The notes beneath the pieces are model-generated. The model worked only from the letters and a program-made list of their open reading frames with translations. It did no database searches and had not been told where the DNA came from. The position numbers and the translations under genes are program-made. A DNA stretch of 62,453 nucleotides, taken from the NCBI GenBank assembly GCA_017418945.1, contig JAFOMI010000005.1:1-62453 (forward strand). The letters are read 5' to 3'. Source of the DNA: Bacilli bacterium. GTDB lineage: Bacteria; Bacillota_I; Bacilli_A; RF39; UBA660. How positions within the stretch are numbered: the first letter of the stretch is position 1; the number at the start of each line of letters is the position of its first letter. This document shows, one piece after another, positions 60,172 through 62,453 of this stretch.

Positions 60172-61053
60172 ATGTGTGATAGAACAGTTATCTTAGTTTT
60201 GTTATTTGTTTTAAAAATATTAATGTTTATAATTGTTCCAGGTTTATTTATTCTATTTAGTGATAAATTAGATAAAAAACACATGAATAATATTTATTAT
60301 ATTGAATTGCTTTTGCTAATTACTTTTATAGTATTAAGATTTATTAATAATCCATGTATTGTTAATTCAACTATATCAGGAATTAGTATTAATTCTAATA
60401 AGAATTCAAAAAATTATATATATTCATCAAATTCCGCAAATACTGTGGAAAGAATAGTAACTAATAAGATATATACAAAAAGTAATAAACAAAAGATATA
60501 TTATTTTAATATTAATAAATTACCTTTAAGTAATAAAAAGATATATTGCGATAATGATTATGCTTATATGAAGAATTATGGAAGTAATATAACTGCGTTA
60601 TCTATTATTGTATCTTCTTTATATGATGAAAATATTGATCCAATTAAAATATTAAATTTATCTATTGAAAATAATATATTTGATTGTGAAACTGGTGTTA
60701 ATACAGATGAATTAATTAGTTTAGTTAATAATAATTATAACTTAAGTAAAAGAGAAATTAATTATACTGAATTAAAAGATTATATTAGAAATGGTGGAAT
60801 AGTACTTGCGGAAATAAATGCAGGTTCAAAAGAAAAAACAGTTTCTTGTTCTGCATCATATATAGTGATTTATGATGTTGATAAACAAGGTAATTTTAGT
60901 ATTTTAAATCCAAATGATAAAGATTATAAATATATATGTCCTGAAAATTCAGAGGGATATGGTAAAGTAATTGATTCTAATACAAATGACAAATTATATA
61001 GTTTAGATGATATTAAAAGTATTAGTTCAAGATATATAATATTAGAGAGGTAA
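60172..61053 (+). CDS. Membrane-anchored C39-like peptidase paralogue with substituted catalytic residues (pseudo-peptidase)
   Basis: YGSNITALSIIVSSLY aligns to GGCGSLATSIVASHY (Cys to Ser). SASYIVIYD aligns to GGHYVTIIG (His to Ser). ILNPND aligns to VADSNG. Two N-terminal TM helices. Confidence 0.6.
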   Translation: MCDRTVILVLLFVLKILMFIIVPGLFILFSDKLDKKHMNNIYYIELLLLITFIVLRFINNPCIVNSTISGISINSNKNSKNYIYSSNSANTVERIVTNKIYTKSNKQKIYYFNINKLPLSNKKIYCDNDYAYMKNYGSNITALSIIVSSLYDENIDPIKILNLSIENNIFDCETGVNTDELISLVNNNYNLSKREINYTELKDYIRNGGIVLAEINAGSKEKTVSCSASYIVIYDVDKQGNFSILNPNDKDYKYICPENSEGYGKVIDSNTNDKLYSLDDIKSISSRYIILER

Positions 61054-61057
61054 TAAT

Positions 61058-61708
61058 ATGAAAAATATAAAAAAGATTATTATTCTATTATTTGTTATAT
61101 TATTAACTGGTTGTTCAGGAACATATAATTTAAAGTTTAATGATGATTTATCTATTAAAGAAGAATTAAATGTTGAAATTCCATCAACTGAAGAAAATAA
61201 ACAAAAGACATTAGATTTATTTAAAAATAATAAAATTAATAATAAAAAATATAGTATTAAATCTTCAAATAATAAATTAAAAATTAAATATAGTGAAGAA
61301 TATATATCTATTGAAGATTATATAGTAAATAGTAATTTATATCATTTATTATTTGATAATATTAGTTATGATAAAACAGATAAATATATAGAAGTAGAAG
61401 CAAAGAATGCTTTGGATTTAAAGAATAATTCTATATATAAAGTTAATAATTATGATATATCTTTGTTTCAAATAAATTTAGAATCAACACATAAAATATT
61501 ATCAAGTAATTATGATCAAAAAGAAGGAAATATATATTCTTGGACATTAGATGAAAATACTAAAGAAAAAGAAATAAATTTTAAAATTAGCACAGATTAT
61601 TATAAAAATAGAATAGTATATTTAGTGCCATTAATAATTATTGGATTAGTAATGGTTATATCATTTATATATTTATATAATAGAATTAGAAAAACCAATA
61701 GATTATAG
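61058..61708 (+). CDS. Hypothetical lipoprotein with C-terminal TM anchor
   Basis: Has a lipobox (LLTGCSG), a C-terminal TM helix (VYLVPLIIIGLVMVISFIYLY) and a basic tail. Confidence 0.6.
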   Translation: MKNIKKIIILLFVILLTGCSGTYNLKFNDDLSIKEELNVEIPSTEENKQKTLDLFKNNKINNKKYSIKSSNNKLKIKYSEEYISIEDYIVNSNLYHLLFDNISYDKTDKYIEVEAKNALDLKNNSIYKVNNYDISLFQINLESTHKILSSNYDQKEGNIYSWTLDENTKEKEINFKISTDYYKNRIVYLVPLIIIGLVMVISFIYLYNRIRKTNRL

Positions 61709-61730
61709 TACTCTTAGGAGTACTTTTTTG
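61706..61730 (+). terminator. Intrinsic terminator closing the 4-gene envelope operon
   Basis: AGTACTC-TTAG-GAGTACT followed by T6. An extended -10 (TGATATAAT) for secA follows. Confidence 0.7.
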
Positions 61731-61775
61731 TTGTTTTAGTATGCTAAATTTGATATAATATTCTTGGTGATTAAA

Positions 61776-62453
61776 ATGGGAATAATAAAAAAATTATTTG
61801 ATTATGAATATAAAGAAATGAAAAAATTTACTTTATTAGCAGATAAAATAGAAGCTAAAAAAGAAGAATATGAAAAATTAAGTGATAAGGAATTACAAAA
61901 TAAAACTGAAGAATTTAAAAAAGAATTAAAGAATGGTAAAACATTAGATGATATTTTAGTAGATGCTTATGCAGTAGCAAGAGAAGCTTCTAAAAGAGTT
62001 ATTGGTGAATTTCCATACTATGTTCAGTTATTAGGAGCTATATCAATTCATTTTGGTAATATCTCTGAAATGAAAACTGGTGAAGGTAAAACATTAACAG
62101 AAGTAATGCCTGCATATTTAAATGCATTAGATGGTAAGGGTGTTCATATAGTAACAGTAAACGAATATCTTGCTGCACGTGATGCTGAATGGATGGGTAA
62201 AATCTTTAACTTTTTAGGATTAACTGTAGGTGTTAATGGAAGAGAATTAACTCCACAAGAAAAACAAGCAGCATATAATGCTGATATCTTATATTCAACT
62301 AATAATGAAATAGGTTTTGACTATTTAAGAGATAATATGGTTGTTAGAAAAGAAGATAGAGTACAAAGACCATTAAATTTTGCAATAGTAGATGAAGTAG
62401 ACTCTGTACTTATAGATGAAGCAAGAACTCCACTTATTATATCTGGTGGTTCT
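61776..62453 (+). CDS. secA: Preprotein translocase ATPase SecA (5' part, runs off the window)
   Basis: An open frame from ATG 61776 to the window end (226 codons, absent from the ORF track because it has no stop). It contains MKTGEGKTL (Walker A), VTVNEYLA and [20 protein letters not shown]. Confidence 0.95.
   Translation, partial: MGIIKKLFDYEYKEMKKFTLLADKIEAKKEEYEKLSDKELQNKTEEFKKELKNGKTLDDILVDAYAVAREASKRVIGEFPYYVQLLGAISIHFGNISEMKTGEGKTLTEVMPAYLNALDGKGVHIVTVNEYLAARDAEWMGKIFNFLGLTVGVNGRELTPQEKQAAYNADILYSTNNEIGFDYLRDNMVVRKEDRVQRPLNFAIVDEVDSVLIDEARTPLIISGGS

Noticed and set aside
45733-61708. The accessory-looking stretches (46.5-49.0 kb, 55.1-57.2 kb, 58.1-61.7 kb) considered as a prophage remnant, ICE or defence island.
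   Set aside because: I see no integrase, recombinase, transposase, tRNA attachment site, flanking direct repeats, nuclease/helicase/methylase genes or toxin-antitoxin-like pairs. Composition looks the same as the surrounding core genes. They are treated as lineage-specific envelope or signalling genes instead.

Overview
Chromosomal replication-origin region of a very AT-rich, endospore-forming Bacillota genome using the standard genetic code (TGA is a stop, for example at rlmB, pth and yabG). Gene orientation flips at oriC. Left of about 23.4 kb nearly everything is on the minus strand: rplL-rplJ-rplA-rplK-nusG-secE-sigH-rlmB-mrnC, yabP/yabQ/divIC, spoVG, spoIIR, prmC-prfA, rpoE(delta), argS, noc-like-rsmG-mnmG, a sigma factor, gpsA, mnmE-jag-yidC-rnpA-rpmH. 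Right of it everything is on the plus strand: dnaA-dnaN-comK-like-recF-gyrB-gyrA, ffs-tadA, dnaX-ybaB-recR-bofA-holB-ricT, rsmI-pth-mfd, dut-tatD-rsmA-yabG, murA-rpmE-rpiB-spoIID-spoIIQ-like-mbl-tagO, csp-hpf, and the start of secA. I saw no rRNA, tRNA, CRISPR, transposase, integrase or recognisable defence island, so this is mostly core genome. The strongest non-coding signal is between gyrA and dnaX. It has five perfect parS palindromes, three of them in a strict 35-bp phased array, and two identical perfect Noc-binding-site (NBS) palindromes, each set 12-13 bp from a parS. The only ParB-family gene in the window looks Noc-like, has no N-terminal membrane helix, and has no soj/spo0J partner beside it. 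Other notable items are a 4-gene envelope operon between hpf and secA (an active and an inactive C39-like peptidase pair), a polytopic AgrB-like/HTH fusion next to a sensor-less AgrC-type kinase with no AgrD or AgrA, a divergent RpoD-like sigma factor inside the mnmE-mnmG cluster, a comK-like gene between dnaN and recF, a minimal 4.5S-type SRP RNA in a sporulation-gene-rich genome, and a duplicated L1-type leader motif. All homology calls come from reading the supplied translations by eye and from remembered family motifs. No searches were run.
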